Part shown: positions 1 through 12,300 of the stretch, in pieces | Position numbering within the stretch: the first letter of the stretch is position 1 | Layout: each line of letters opens with the position of its first letter | Source of the DNA: an uncultured Acidobacteriota bacterium | Lineage (GTDB): Bacteria; Acidobacteriota; Polarisedimenticolia; J045 | Assembly (NCBI GenBank): GCA_963702425.1 | Contig: CAVPCQ010000019.1 | Coordinates: 64,001 to 128,000, forward strand | Direction: 5' to 3' | DNA length: 64,000 nucleotides | Notes under the pieces: model-generated | Seen by the model: only the letters and a program-made list of their open reading frames with translations | Told to the model about the DNA's origin: nothing | Databases searched by the model: none | Position numbers and translations under genes: made by a program

Positions 1-138
1 CGGGCGGACGTTCAGGTGACGGGCAACGCCGGCTACGACCTGCAGGCCCGTTTTCTCGGGGCGATCTACGGCTACGTCAACGCGCCCGTGGGGACGTGCG
101 TAGCCCTCGACAACTCCGTCTGCAGCCCGACCTACTGA
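1..138 (+). CDS. 3' end of a gene entering the window (…RADVQVTGNAGYDLQARFLGAIYGYVNAPVGTCVALDNSVCSPTY*); product unknown
   Basis: Frame 1 is open from base 1 to TGA at 136-138, with GC-rich third codon positions. Confidence 0.6.
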   Translation, partial: RADVQVTGNAGYDLQARFLGAIYGYVNAPVGTCVALDNSVCSPTY

Positions 139-349
139 GACGCATCGACGAGCCGGCGTGCTGCGTTCGGCGGAGCCGCCGGCTGGGGCGCCGGGCCGCA
201 AGGGCGACGGCGCGTTGCCGGCATGCGAGAGAAGAGTTGTGGGGCGACCATCGGTATGCCGGCGCAAAACCGAACCGGTCCGTCGAGTCCGTCGAGGAAT
301 GGGCAGGCGGCCGCGGCCCGGGAGGACCGCGACCGCCCTGAACCCTGAA

Positions 350-3300
350 TCAGGGGCAGCGCTGCGGGGAGGCGTAGTAGTTCCCCGGCTTGATCATCGT
401 GTCGGTGGTGGAGTTGCCTCCGCAGTCCGTCGCCGTGACGGTGACGACGGGGTTGCTCCAACGCCGCCGGCCGCAGAGCCGCACGAGCCGGCACATCTCG
501 TCCTCGGCGGCGGGAAGGACCTCGTCCAGCAGCACGCCGTCCCCGTCGCCAAAGCTGAGACCGTCGTACACCACGCAGCCGTCGACGGCGATCGTCTCGT
601 GCACGACCGACCCGGTCGCGCGGTCGTCGTCGCCGGAGGTGAAGAACGCTGCGAACGGGATGAACCGCGGGAAGGTCCAGCGCGAAGGCAGCACGAGGAT
701 GTCGACGGTCGGAGGCACTGTGTCGATCGTGAAGAGGACGGTGTCCTCGGCGGCGGCGTTCCCGGAGGCGTCGCTGGCGACCAGGCCGACGGTCCAGTCG
801 CCGTGCTCGGAGTAGACCGCGCCCTGAGGCAGGCTGTAGGAGCGCGTGACCTCCCCGGTGCACGAGTCCGTGTAGTCGTCGGTGACGATGACCGGAAGCG
901 CCGCCCGGCCGAAGCACTGCCCGTCGGAAGGCGCCGTGATCCGGCCGGTCGGTGGCGTCAGGTCGGCCACCGTCACGAACAGCTCGTCGGCGCTGGTGTC
1001 GGCCTGCGTGTCCGTGATCCGCAGGGTGATCGCGTGCGCTCCGACCGGCAGATTGACGGCGAGCCGCTCGCCTTCACCGAGCAGCGTGTCGCCCTCGTGC
1101 CATTGGTAGAGCGCGATTGCGTCGCGGCCATCGACGTGCCTGGACGAGGAGCCGTCGAGCGTCACGCTCGCGCCGCCCCCGCCGTCGCACTCGACGACCT
1201 GGTCGGGTCCGCCCTGGGCGATCAGCCGGACGACCGCCAGGTGCACCGGGACGGTGAGGCGCGGGGTGGTGGGATCGTTGCTCTCGAGCACGAGGTCGGC
1301 CGTGTAGTCGTTCGGCGTGATCTGACGTGCGTCGAATGTGACGGCGAGGTCCAGCGACGCCTCCGCGGGGACGGTGCCGGACAGCGGATCGACGGTGATC
1401 CAGCGCCGGGCGGCTCCGTAGGAGAAGGGGATCATGTTGACGAGCAGGAGGCCGCCGCTGTTGTTGTAGCTGTAGAGGTATTCGAGCGACTGGCCCGAGG
1501 CGACGACGAGTCCGGCTCCGTGGGAGTAGACGACGAGCGTCGGGCGCCGGTACTCGTCCTCAGCGAGCAGCGTCGCATCGGCGGGTATGGCGCTGAAGTA
1601 GGCGAGGCTGACGCCAGCGAGATAGATCGGCGACGGCACACCGGCCACGATCGGGTGGGTCTCGTCCAGGAGAAAGTTCATGGTGGCGAGGCCGCTCACG
1701 GCGGTCAGACCGCCCGGGACGGGAACGAGTGACGAATCGCCGTACTGCCAGCCGCCGTCTGCGGCGTGGAACTCGAGCACTCCCCCGCGCGACACGAACT
1801 CGTCCAGCTTCTGACCGAGGCCGGAGAGGTTGACGTAGAAGTCGTTCGGTTGATCGGACGACAGGATGACGACGAGATAGTTCGACAGATCGGTCGCGGC
1901 GAACGCCGAGGACGGGATCAGGTCGTATGGGATCCCGTCGAGATCCATGATCTGCGCGCTGGCGCTCACATCCCACGGCGGTATGTCCTCGACGAGGAGG
2001 ACCTTGGCCCCGTCCATCGTGCGCGGTGGCGTGGCCCGTTGCACGAAGCCTGCAGGGCGCGTGTCGCAGCGGTCCGGCGTCCCCTCGGGCGCCGGCGGCA
2101 ACCCGGCGCGGGCCGAGTTCTGGACGATCGCGACGTCGAAGCGCAGATCACTCCCGCCGCCGTTGTCGACCGCGAGCTGGAGCGTGGTGAACTCGCCCGG
2201 GAGCAGCCGCTCGAAGAGCGCGTCGGGCCGTGTCGAGATTTCCGGCGGGATCAGCCCGACCCCCTCGAGCGGGAGCGTCAACTCGGGCCGAACCGGGTCG
2301 TTGCTCGTGATCCGCAGCGTGCCCTGGAGAGGCCCCTCGGCCGCAGGGGAGTAGACCACCGGCACGAGCGCGAGCGAGCGCGGCGGGATCTCCAGCGCGG
2401 TCACGAGCGGGACCACCTCGCTCTGGTCGGAGGCGATCGATGAGATCACGAGCGTTTCCGTCCCGCTGTTGACCAGTTCCAGCTGCAGTTCCCGCGAAGT
2501 TCCGAGGAAGACCGGACCGAAGTCGAGGCGGTCGGAGGGCCCGAAGAACGCGATGCGCACTGTGTGCTGATTGACGGCACAGAAGCTGTCGACGCTGTAC
2601 GAGTTCATGACCGAGACGTCGACCTGTCCATCGGCGGCCAGTTCGGTCAGGGTGGCCTCGTCGATCGCGAATCTCCCTGAGGCCGGGTAGCAATCGGTAC
2701 CGGTCCCGCCGACGGAGCCCAGGGGGTGTCCCTCGGCGGAGGCCGTTGCCAACTCGCTCGGCCAGCCGTAGTCCCCCTCCGCGACGAGTTCCAGCTCGGC
2801 GTCGGTCACGGCGACATCGGGCACCGGGAAGCGATGCCCAGTCGCCGCACCGGATTGGTAGTAGGGCACCGTGGACTCTGCGTCGATTCGCGAGCCGCGC
2901 ACCTCGATGCGCGGCAAACCGGTGACGTGGAGCTGGATCGGAACGAGGACCCGAGGCTCGTCCGGGTCGTTGCTGGCGACCTCGAGGTCCGCCGCGTAGT
3001 CGCCGCCGAACAGGCCGGTGGCGTCGAAGGTCACCGCGAGATCGAGCCGTTCGCCCGCGGGAACCACCGCGATCTGCGGCTCGACGCGCAGCCAGGGAGG
3101 AGGCTCCTCGGCGGCGATCACGATCTCGTCCCACCAGGCTTCCGAGCCGGGCGACCAGTTGTAGAGATCGAGCCGCGCGACGTCGGTCGTGCTGTCCGCG
3201 TTGCGGAGCGGAATGCCGGACCTCACGAGCTGGCCGTTCACGAAGTAGTCGAAGCGCTTCGAGGCGAAGTCGACGTTGCGGAACTCGATGTGGTACCAGA

Positions 3301-6300
3301 CCTGGGCGACGTACGGGACACTCTCGTCCCCACCGACGTCGGCGTTCACGTAGAACATCCCGCCGCCCGTTGCGTAGAACCAGATCACTTCGTCGCCATG
3401 GCTGTCACGCAGCACGAAGTAGCCGTCCGAGGTGCTCGTCGATCCGGAGCGGACCCAGAAGGAGATGTAACGCGGCTGGACGGGACCGAGGTCCTGGTAG
3501 ACACCGGACATGTGTTCCCACTCCGTGACCGTCCGGTGATGGAAGCTGTAGCGGCCTCCGGGGGAGGCGGTCGTGTCCGTCACCTCGCTGGTGTTGCCGG
3601 TGAAGGGGACGACCTGCCAGCCGACGAAGTCCCCGTCCTCGAACCCGTCACGCAGCGGCAGGCCGCTCGGAGTGATGCCGTCGGCCCGCTCGAGGGGGCG
3701 GACCGGCTGTCCGGCGGTCTCGCTCGGGTGGAGCGGGCCGGGCGTCTCGTCTTCGGCGGCGCCGGGAGCCGCTCCCGCCGCACCCGACCGGAATCCGGGC
3801 CGCGGCAGGGCGTCGGCGCGGAAGACGAGGTCGGCGCCGCCCGTGTTCTCGATCGTCAGGGTGTGTGTCGCGACCTGGTCCGAGTAGAGCGACTCGCTCA
3901 GCTCCGAGGGGGTGACCTGGATGTCCGGGGGAACCAGGCCGATCCCGCTCAGAGCGACCGTCGTGACGGCCTCGTCTGGATCGGTGCTCTCGAGCGTCAG
4001 GGTGCCGTCGAACGACTGGACCGCTCCCGGGGTGAACGTGACGGCGAGCGTCGCCGAAGCGCGCGGCGCGAGGCTCAATGACGTCACGGCGGGCACGAAC
4101 TCCGGACGATCGCTGGCGATCGAGGACACTTCGAGCCAGCCGGTTCCGGTGTTGCGGACTTCGACCTCGAGGGTCTTCGACAGGCCGACGAAGAGCGCAC
4201 CGAAGTCGAGGCGATCGGCGGCGCCGCGGTAACGCAGGCGGACCGTGTGGCGGTTGACCGCGCAGTACGGATCGACGTAGTCGCTGTTCTGCACGTCGAC
4301 ACGCACGACACCGTCTGCGGCCAGCGCGAGCAGGTCGGCTGCTCCGACCGGGAAGAGTCCGGTCGCCGGAGCGCAGTAAGAGCCGGTTGCGCCGACGCTG
4401 CCCAGCGGCAGGCCCTCCGCGCTCGCCGTGGCTCGGTCGTAGTAGTAGCCGAACTCTCCTTCGGCGACCAGCTCGATCGAGCCGTCGCTCGCCGGGGCCA
4501 CGACGATCGGGAACGCGTGCTGCGTCAGGGCGCCGTACGTCGTGTAGTCGATCGCCGACTCGAGCAGCTGTTCGGGCCCGCTCAAGACGATGTCCGGCAC
4601 GCCGACCACGATCAGGTCCGCTGGTACCTCGACCAGCGGCGTGAGCGGATCGTTGCTGCGGATCTCGATCGTCGCCCCGTAGTCCCCGCCGAGCAGCAGG
4701 CTGCTGTCGAACGTCACGCCGAGGACCATGGCGCCGCCGGTCGCCACGCTCCCTGCGTCGGGCGCGACCCGCAGCCAGGCCGGCGCACCCACCAGGCGCG
4801 TGAACCCGGTGCCGTACTCGCCCTGGACGATGTAGAGTCCCGCCGGCCGGCCAGGCAGCCAGGCCAGACCGCCGGCTCTCACATCGAACGGCAGGGTCGA
4901 GACGGTCCAGGTTTCGTCGGTCAGCGAGAAGCGGTAGAGGTTCCTCCCGCCGTAAGGTCCGACCGCCGCGTACTCCTGCGCCAGCGGATCGATCGCCGCA
5001 CCCAACACCGCCCCGGCCGGCAGCGCCGGCAGCTGGCGCCAGGTGTTGCCGGCGACGTCGTAGACCGCGAACTCGGAGCGCCCGCTGCCGGCGTGGCCGT
5101 AGAGGCGCCCGCCCGAGTAGGCCAGCCCGCCCCACGGCTCGAACGCGAACGGAGGAGCCGCCAGGTCCACCTCGGCCAAGGTCGCAGGCTCGTAGCGCAC
5201 GAGCTGCTGCCCCTGGACGAAGTAGAGATACCGCTCCCCGTCGCTGGCGACGTTGGCCGTCCCCCCGAGAGCGGGTGCGGGCGGGTCGTCCAACGGTCGG
5301 TCGCGATGTCGTAGACGCCGAGTTCCATGCCCCATGCGGCGTAGCTGATGTAGATCGTGCCGCCCAGCAACGCCGCACCCCCCGCGCTGTAAGAGTAGGT
5401 CGGGAAATCGGCGAGGCGCTCCCAGGCCCCCGTCTCGGAGCGGAAGCGGTAGAAGTCGTACCCCGAGAGCGCCCGCGCGTAGATCGCGTGCCCGGCGATG
5501 TCGCCGGCGACGCAGGTCAGCGGCACCGGGCTGGGCGGGAGCGGCTCGAAGCTCGCGTCGGCACCGCGGAAGGGGGGCGGCTCCGCCTGTTCGGCATCGG
5601 ACATGGACGGTTCCGGCTCGTTCGACTGGCCGTCGCCGGCCGAGAGCCCGACGAACGCCACGCGCTGCAGGCCCGGTCCACGCGGCACGACCTCGGCGGT
5701 GAAGTCGAGGGCGCTGCCGCCTGAATTCGACACGGTCAGCGGCAGGGTCTCCTGCACGAACTGATTCAGCGTCGCGTCCAGCTCGGCCGGGTCGACCCCG
5801 ATGAGGGGCGGCTCGACGCCGAGGCCGGTCAGGCGCACGGTCGTCACCGGCTCGTCCGGATCGTTGCTGGTGAACGTCAGGGTACCGTCGAACGACTGGA
5901 CCGCTCCCGGGGTAAACGTGATGGCGAGCGTCGCCGAAGCGCGCGGCGCGAGGCTCAACGACGTCGGCGAGACCACGAACTCCGGACGATCGCTGGTGAT
6001 CGAGGACACCTCGAGCCAGCTCGTTCCGGCGTTGCGGACTTCGATTTCGAGGGTCCGCGACAGGCCGACGAAGAGTGCGCCGAAGTCGATGGGGTCGGCG
6101 GCGGCGCGGTAGCGCAGGCGGACCGTGTGCCGGTTGACCGCGCAGTACGGATCGACGCCGTAGCTGTTCTGCACGTCGACACGCACGACGCCGTCGGTGG
6201 CCAGCGCGAGTAGGTCAGCCGCCCCGATCGGGAAGAAACCGCTCATCGGAACGCAGCTCCGACCGGTTCCGCCCACACTACCCAACTGCAGGCCCTCGGC

Positions 6301-9300
6301 GCTCGCCGTGGCTCGGTCGTAGTAGTAGCCGTAGTCGCCGTCGGCGACGAGCTCGATCGAGCCGTCGCCCGCCGGCGGCACGACGATCGCCAGCGCATGC
6401 TGCGTGAGGGCGCCGTACACGGTGTAGTCGATCGCCGACTCGAGCAGCTGTTCGGACCCGCTCAAGGCGATGTCCGGCACGCCGACCACGATCAGGTCCG
6501 CTGGTACCTCGACCAGCGGCGTGGCCGGATCGTTGCTGCGGATCTCGATCGTCGCTCCGTAGTCGCCGCCCAGCAGCAGGCTGCCGTCGAACGCCACGTC
6601 GAGGATCGCGGTCGCACCGGCCGGCACGCTCCCCGCGTCGGGCGTCACCCGCAGCCAGGCCGGCGCGCCCACCAGGCGCGTGAACTGGGTGCCGTATCCG
6701 CCCTGCGCGATGTAGAGTCCCGCTGGCTGGCCGGGCAGCCAGGCCAGACCGCCGCCTCCCACGGCGAACGGCAGGGTCGAGACGGTCCAGGTCTCGTTGG
6801 TCAGCGAGAAGCGGTAGAGGTTGGTTCCACCGTAGGGTCCGACGGCGGCATACTCCTGCGCCAGCGAATCGATCGCCGCGCCCAACTCCGCGCCGGCCGG
6901 CAGCGACGGCAGTCGGCGCCACATGTCGCCTGCGACGTCGTAGACGGCGAACTCGGAGCGCCCGTTGCCGGCGTGGCCGTAGAGGCGCCCGTCCGAGTAG
7001 GCCAGTCCTCCTACAGGATCGAAGCTGAAGGGTGGAGACGCCAGGCTGGTCGTCCCCGAGGTCACGGGGTCGTAGCGCACGAGCCGCTGACCCTGGACGA
7101 GGTAGAGATACCGCTCCCCGTCGCTGGCGACATTGGCCGTCCCGCCCCCGAGTGGGTGCGGGCGCGTCGTCCAACTGTTGCTGACGATGTCGTAGATGCC
7201 GAGCGGCGAGTCGGTGCTCGTGTAGCTGGTGTAGATCGCACCCCCCAACAGCGCCGCTCCCCCGTTGTTGCCGGAGTAGATCGGAGCGTCGGCGAGGTGC
7301 TCCCAGATTCCTCGGTCCGGGCGGAATCGGTAGAAGTAGTAACTCGAGCTCGCCTGCGCGTAGACCGCGCGTCCCACGACGTCCCCGACGACGCAGGTCA
7401 GCGAGACCGGGCTGGCCGGGAGCGGTTCGAAGGTCGCGTCGGCGCCGCGGAAGGGTGTCGGTTGCGTCCGCTCCGCGCTGGACATGGCCGATTCCGGGTC
7501 GTTCGACGGCCCGTCCCCCGCTGAGAGCCCGGCGAACTTCACGCGCTGCAGGGCCGGCCCGCGAGGAACGATCTCCATGGCGAAGTCCAGCGCGCCGCCG
7601 CCCGAGTTAGAGACCGCGAGCGGCAGGGTCACCCGCGTGCCCTGGTCGAGCCTCGCATCCAACTCGGCCGGGTCGACCCCGATGAGCGGTGCCTCGACTC
7701 CGAGGCCGGTCAGCGCCACCGTCGTGACGGCCTCGTCCGGATCGTTGCTGGCCAGCGTCAGGGCGCCATCGAACGACTGGACCGCTCCGGGCGTGAACGT
7801 GAGGGCGAGGATCGTGGAAGCGCGCGATGCGAGTTTCAGCGACGTCACGGACGGCACGAACTCCGGGCGATCGCTGGCGATCGAGGAGATCTCGAGCGGG
7901 CTGGACCCGCGGTTCTTCACCTCGATCTCCAGAATCCGCGGAAGGCCGACGTACTGCACGCCGAAGTCGAGGCGGTCGGCGGCGCCGCGGTAGCGCAGGC
8001 GGACCGTGTGGCGGTTGATCGCGCAGTAGAGACCGACGTCGTAGCTGTTCTGCACGTCGACACGCACGACGCCGTCGGCGGCCAGCGCGAGCAGGTCGGC
8101 TGCTCCGACCGGGAAGCGTCCGGTTGCCGGAGCGCAGTAAGAGCCGGTTGCGCCGACGCTGCCCAGCTGCAGACCCTCGGTGCTCATCGTTGCCTGCTCG
8201 TAGTCGTTGCCGTACTCGCCCTCGGCGAGCAACTCGACCGAACCGTCGCTTGCCGGGGCCACGACGATCGGGAACGCGTGCTGCGTCAGGGCGCCGTACA
8301 CGGTGTAGTCGACCGCCGACTCGAGCTGTTGCTCGACCCCGCGCACCTCGATGTCGGGCACGCCGATCACCGTCAGATCGGCCGGCACCTCGAGCAGCGG
8401 CGTGAGCGGATCGTTGCTGCGGATCTCGATCGTCGCCCCGTAATCGCCGCCGAGCAGCAGGCTGCTGTCGAACGTCACGTCGAGAGCCGCGGTCTCGCCA
8501 GCCGCCACGCTCCCTGCGTCGGGCGCGACCCGCAGCCAGGTCGGCGCACCCACCAGGCGCGTGAACCCCGTCTGGTACTCGCCCTGCACGAGGTAGAGCC
8601 CCGCTGGCTGGCCGGGCAGCCAGGCCAGACCGCCGTCTCTCACAGCGAACGGCAGGGTCGAGACGGTCCAGGTCTCGTCGGTCAGCGAGAAGCGGTAGAG
8701 GTTGGCTCCACCGTGCGGCCCGACAGCGGCGTACTCCTGCGCCAGCGGATCGATCGCCGCACCCAGCACCGCCCCGGCCGGCAGCGCCGGCAGTTGGCGC
8801 CAGGAGTCGTGGGCGACGTCGTAGACCGCGAACTCGGAGCGCCCGTTGCCGGCGTGGCCGTAGAGCCGACCGCGCGAGTAGGCCAGCCCGCCCCACGGCT
8901 CGAACGCGAACGGGGGGGTCGCCAGGTCCACCGCCTCCAGGGTCACAGGCTCGTAGCGCACGAGCCGCTGCCCCTGGACGAAGTAGAGGTACTGCTCCCC
9001 GTCGCTGGCGACATCGGCCGTCCCGCCCCCGAGCGGGTGCGAGCGCGTCGTCCAACTGTCGGTGGCGATGTCGTAGACGCCGAGCTGCGTGCCGACGTCG
9101 GTGTAGCTGGCGTAGATCGTGCCCCCGAGGAGTGCCGCTCCCCCGTTGTTGCCGGAGTAGAGCGGGGCGTCGGCGAGGCCCTCCCAGGCCCCCGTTTCGG
9201 AGCGGAAGCGGTAGAAGCGCCGCCCTTGGTTCTCCTGCGCATAAACTGCGCGCCCCGCGACGTCACCGGCGACGCAGGTCAGCGGAGCCGCGCTGGCCGG

Positions 9301-12300
9301 GAGCGGCTCGAAGCTCACAGCCTCACCGCGGAAGGGGGGCGGCTCCGCCCGGTCGGCGCCGGACACGGAGGGCTCCGGGTTGTCCGACCGGCCGTCGCCA
9401 GCCGAAAGCCCGGTGAAGGTCATGCGCTGCAGCCCGGGCCCACGCGGCACGACCTCGGCCGTGAAGTCCAAGGCGCTGGCGCCTGAGTTCGAGACGGTGA
9501 GCGGCAGGGTCTGCTGCGTGCCCTCGTCGAGCGTCGCATCCAGTTCGGCCGGGTCGACCCCGACAATCGGCGGTTCGACGCCGAGGCCACTCAGCGTCAC
9601 CACCGTCACGGCCTCGTCCGGATCGTTGCTTTCGAGCGTCAGGCTGCCGTCGAACGACTGGACCGCTCCCGGGGTGAACGTGATGGCGAGCATCGCCGAC
9701 GTGTGCGGCGCGAGGCTCAACGACGTCTGCGACGCCACGAACTCCGCACTGTCGCTGGCGATCGAGGAGATCTCGAGCGGGCTGGACCCGCGGTTACTCA
9801 CCATGATCTCCAGGGTCCGCGGCTGGCCGACGTACTGCGCGCCGAAGTCGACGCGGTCGGCGGCGCCGCGGTAACGCAGGCGGACCGTGTGGCGGTTGAT
9901 CGCGCAGCTGGGATCGACGTTGTAGTCGTTCTGCACGTCGACGCGCACGACGCCGTCCGCGGCCAGCGCGAGCAGGTTGGACGCCCCGATCGCGAAGCGT
10001 CCGCTCGCTGGAGCGCAGTCCCAGCCGGCGTAGCCCACGCTGCCCAGCGGCAGGCCCTCCGCGCTCGCCGTGGCCCGCTCGTAGTAGTCGCCGAACTCTC
10101 CTTCGGCGACCAGCTCGATCGAGCCGTCGCTCACCGGGGCCACGACGATTGGGAACGCGTGCTGCGTGAGAGCGCCGTACCCGGTGTAGTCGATCGCCGA
10201 CTCGAGCTGCTGCTCGGCCCCGCCCAGTACGATGTCCGGCACCCCAATCACCGTCAGATCGGCCGGCACTTCGAGCAGCGGCGTGAGCGGATCGTTGCTG
10301 CGGATCTCGATCGTCGCCCCGTAGTCCCCGCCGAGCAGCAGGTTGCTGTCGAACGTCACGTCGAGAGCCACGGTCTCGCCAGCCGCCACGCTCCCGGCAT
10401 CGGGCGCGACCCGCAGCCAGGCCGGCGCACCCACCAGGCGCGTGAAGCCGGTGCCGTACTCGCCCTGGACGATGTAGAGTCCCGCCGGCCGGCCGGGCAG
10501 CCAGGCCAGACCGCCGGCTCTCACATCGAACGGCAGGGTCGAGACGGTCCAGGTTTCGTCGGTCAGCGAGAAGCGGTAGAGGTTCCTCCCGCCGTAAGGT
10601 CCGACCGCCGCGTACTCCTGCGCCAGCGGATCGATCGCCGCACCCAACACCGCCCCGGCCGGCAGCGCCGGCAGCTGGCGCCAGGTGTTGCCGGCGACGT
10701 CGTAGACCGCGAACTCGGAGCGCCCGCTGCCGGCGTGGCCGTAGAGGCGCCCGCCCGAGTAGGCCAGCCCGCCCCACGGCTCGAACGCGAACGGAGGAGC
10801 CGCCAGGTCCACCGCGGCCAAGGTCGCAGGCTCGTAGCGCACGAGCTGCTGCCCCTGGACGAAGTAGAGATACCGCTCCCCGTCGCTGGCGACGTTGGCC
10901 GTCCCCCCCGAGAGCGGGTGCGGGCGGGTCGTCCAACGGTCGGTCGCGATGTCGTAGACGCCGAGTTCCATGCCCCATGCGGCGTAGCTGATGTAGATCG
11001 TGCCGCCCAGCAACGCCGCACCCCCCGCGCTGTAAGAGTAGGTCGGGAAATCGGCGAGGCGCTCCCAGGCCCCCGTCTCGGAGCGGAAGCGGTAGAAGTC
11101 GTACCCCGAGAGCGCCCGCGCGTAGATCGCGTGCCCGGCGATGTCGCCGGCGACGCAGGTCAGCGGCACCGGGCTGGGCCGGAGCGGTTCGAAGCTCGCG
11201 TCGGCACCGCGGAAGGGGGGCGGCTCCGCCTGTTCGGCATCGGACATGGACGGTTCCGGCTCGTTCGACCGGCCGTCGCCGGCCGAGAGCCCGACGAACG
11301 CCACGCGCTGCAGGCCCGGTCCACGCGGCACGACCTCGGCGGTGAAGTCGAGGGCGCTGCCGCCTGAATTCGACACGGTCAGCGGCAGGGTCTCCTGCAC
11401 GAACTGATTCAGCGTCGCGTCCAGCTCGGCCGGGTCGACCCCGATGAGGGCCGGCTCGACGCCGAGGCCGGTCAGGCGCACGGTCGTCACCGGCTCGTCC
11501 GGATCGTTGCTGGTGAACGTCAGGGTACCGTCGAACGACTGGACCGCTGCCGGGGTGAACGTGACCGTGAGGACGGCCGAAGCTCGCGGTGCGAGACTGA
11601 GCGTCGTCAGCGAGGGCACGAACTCCGGACGATCGCTGGCGATCGAGGAGATCTCGAGCGGGCTGGATCCGTGGTTCGCTATTGCGATCTCCAGGGTCCG
11701 CGATAGACCGACGAAGAGCGCGCCGAAGTCGAGGCGGTCGGCGGCGCCGCGGTAGCGCAGGCGGACCGTGTGCCGGTTGACCGTGCAGTACGGATCGACG
11801 CCGTAGCTGTTCTGCACGTCGACACGCACGACGCCGTCCGTGGCCAGCGCGAGTAGGTCAGTCGCCCCGATCGGGAAGAAACCGCTCACCGGAACGCAGT
11901 TCGAACCGGTTCCGCCCACACTACCCAACTGCAGGCCCTCGGCGCTCGCCGCGGCTCGGTCGTAGTAGTAGCCGTAGTCGCCGTCGGCGACCAGCTCGAT
12001 CGAGCCGTCGCCCGCCGGCGGCACGACGATCGCCAGCGCATGCTGGGTGAGGGCGCCGTACCCGGTGTAGTCGATCGCCGACTCGAGCAGCTGTTCGGGC
12101 CCGCTCAAGACGATGTCCGGCACGCCGACCACGATCAGGTCCGCTGGTACCTCGACCAGCGGCGTGAGCGGATCGTTGCTGCGGATCTCGATCGTCGCCC
12201 CGTAGTCCCCGCCGAGCAGCAGGTTGCTGTCGAACGTCACGTCGAGAGCCACGGTCTCGCCAGCCGCCACGCTCCCGGCATCGGGCGCGACCCGCAGCCA

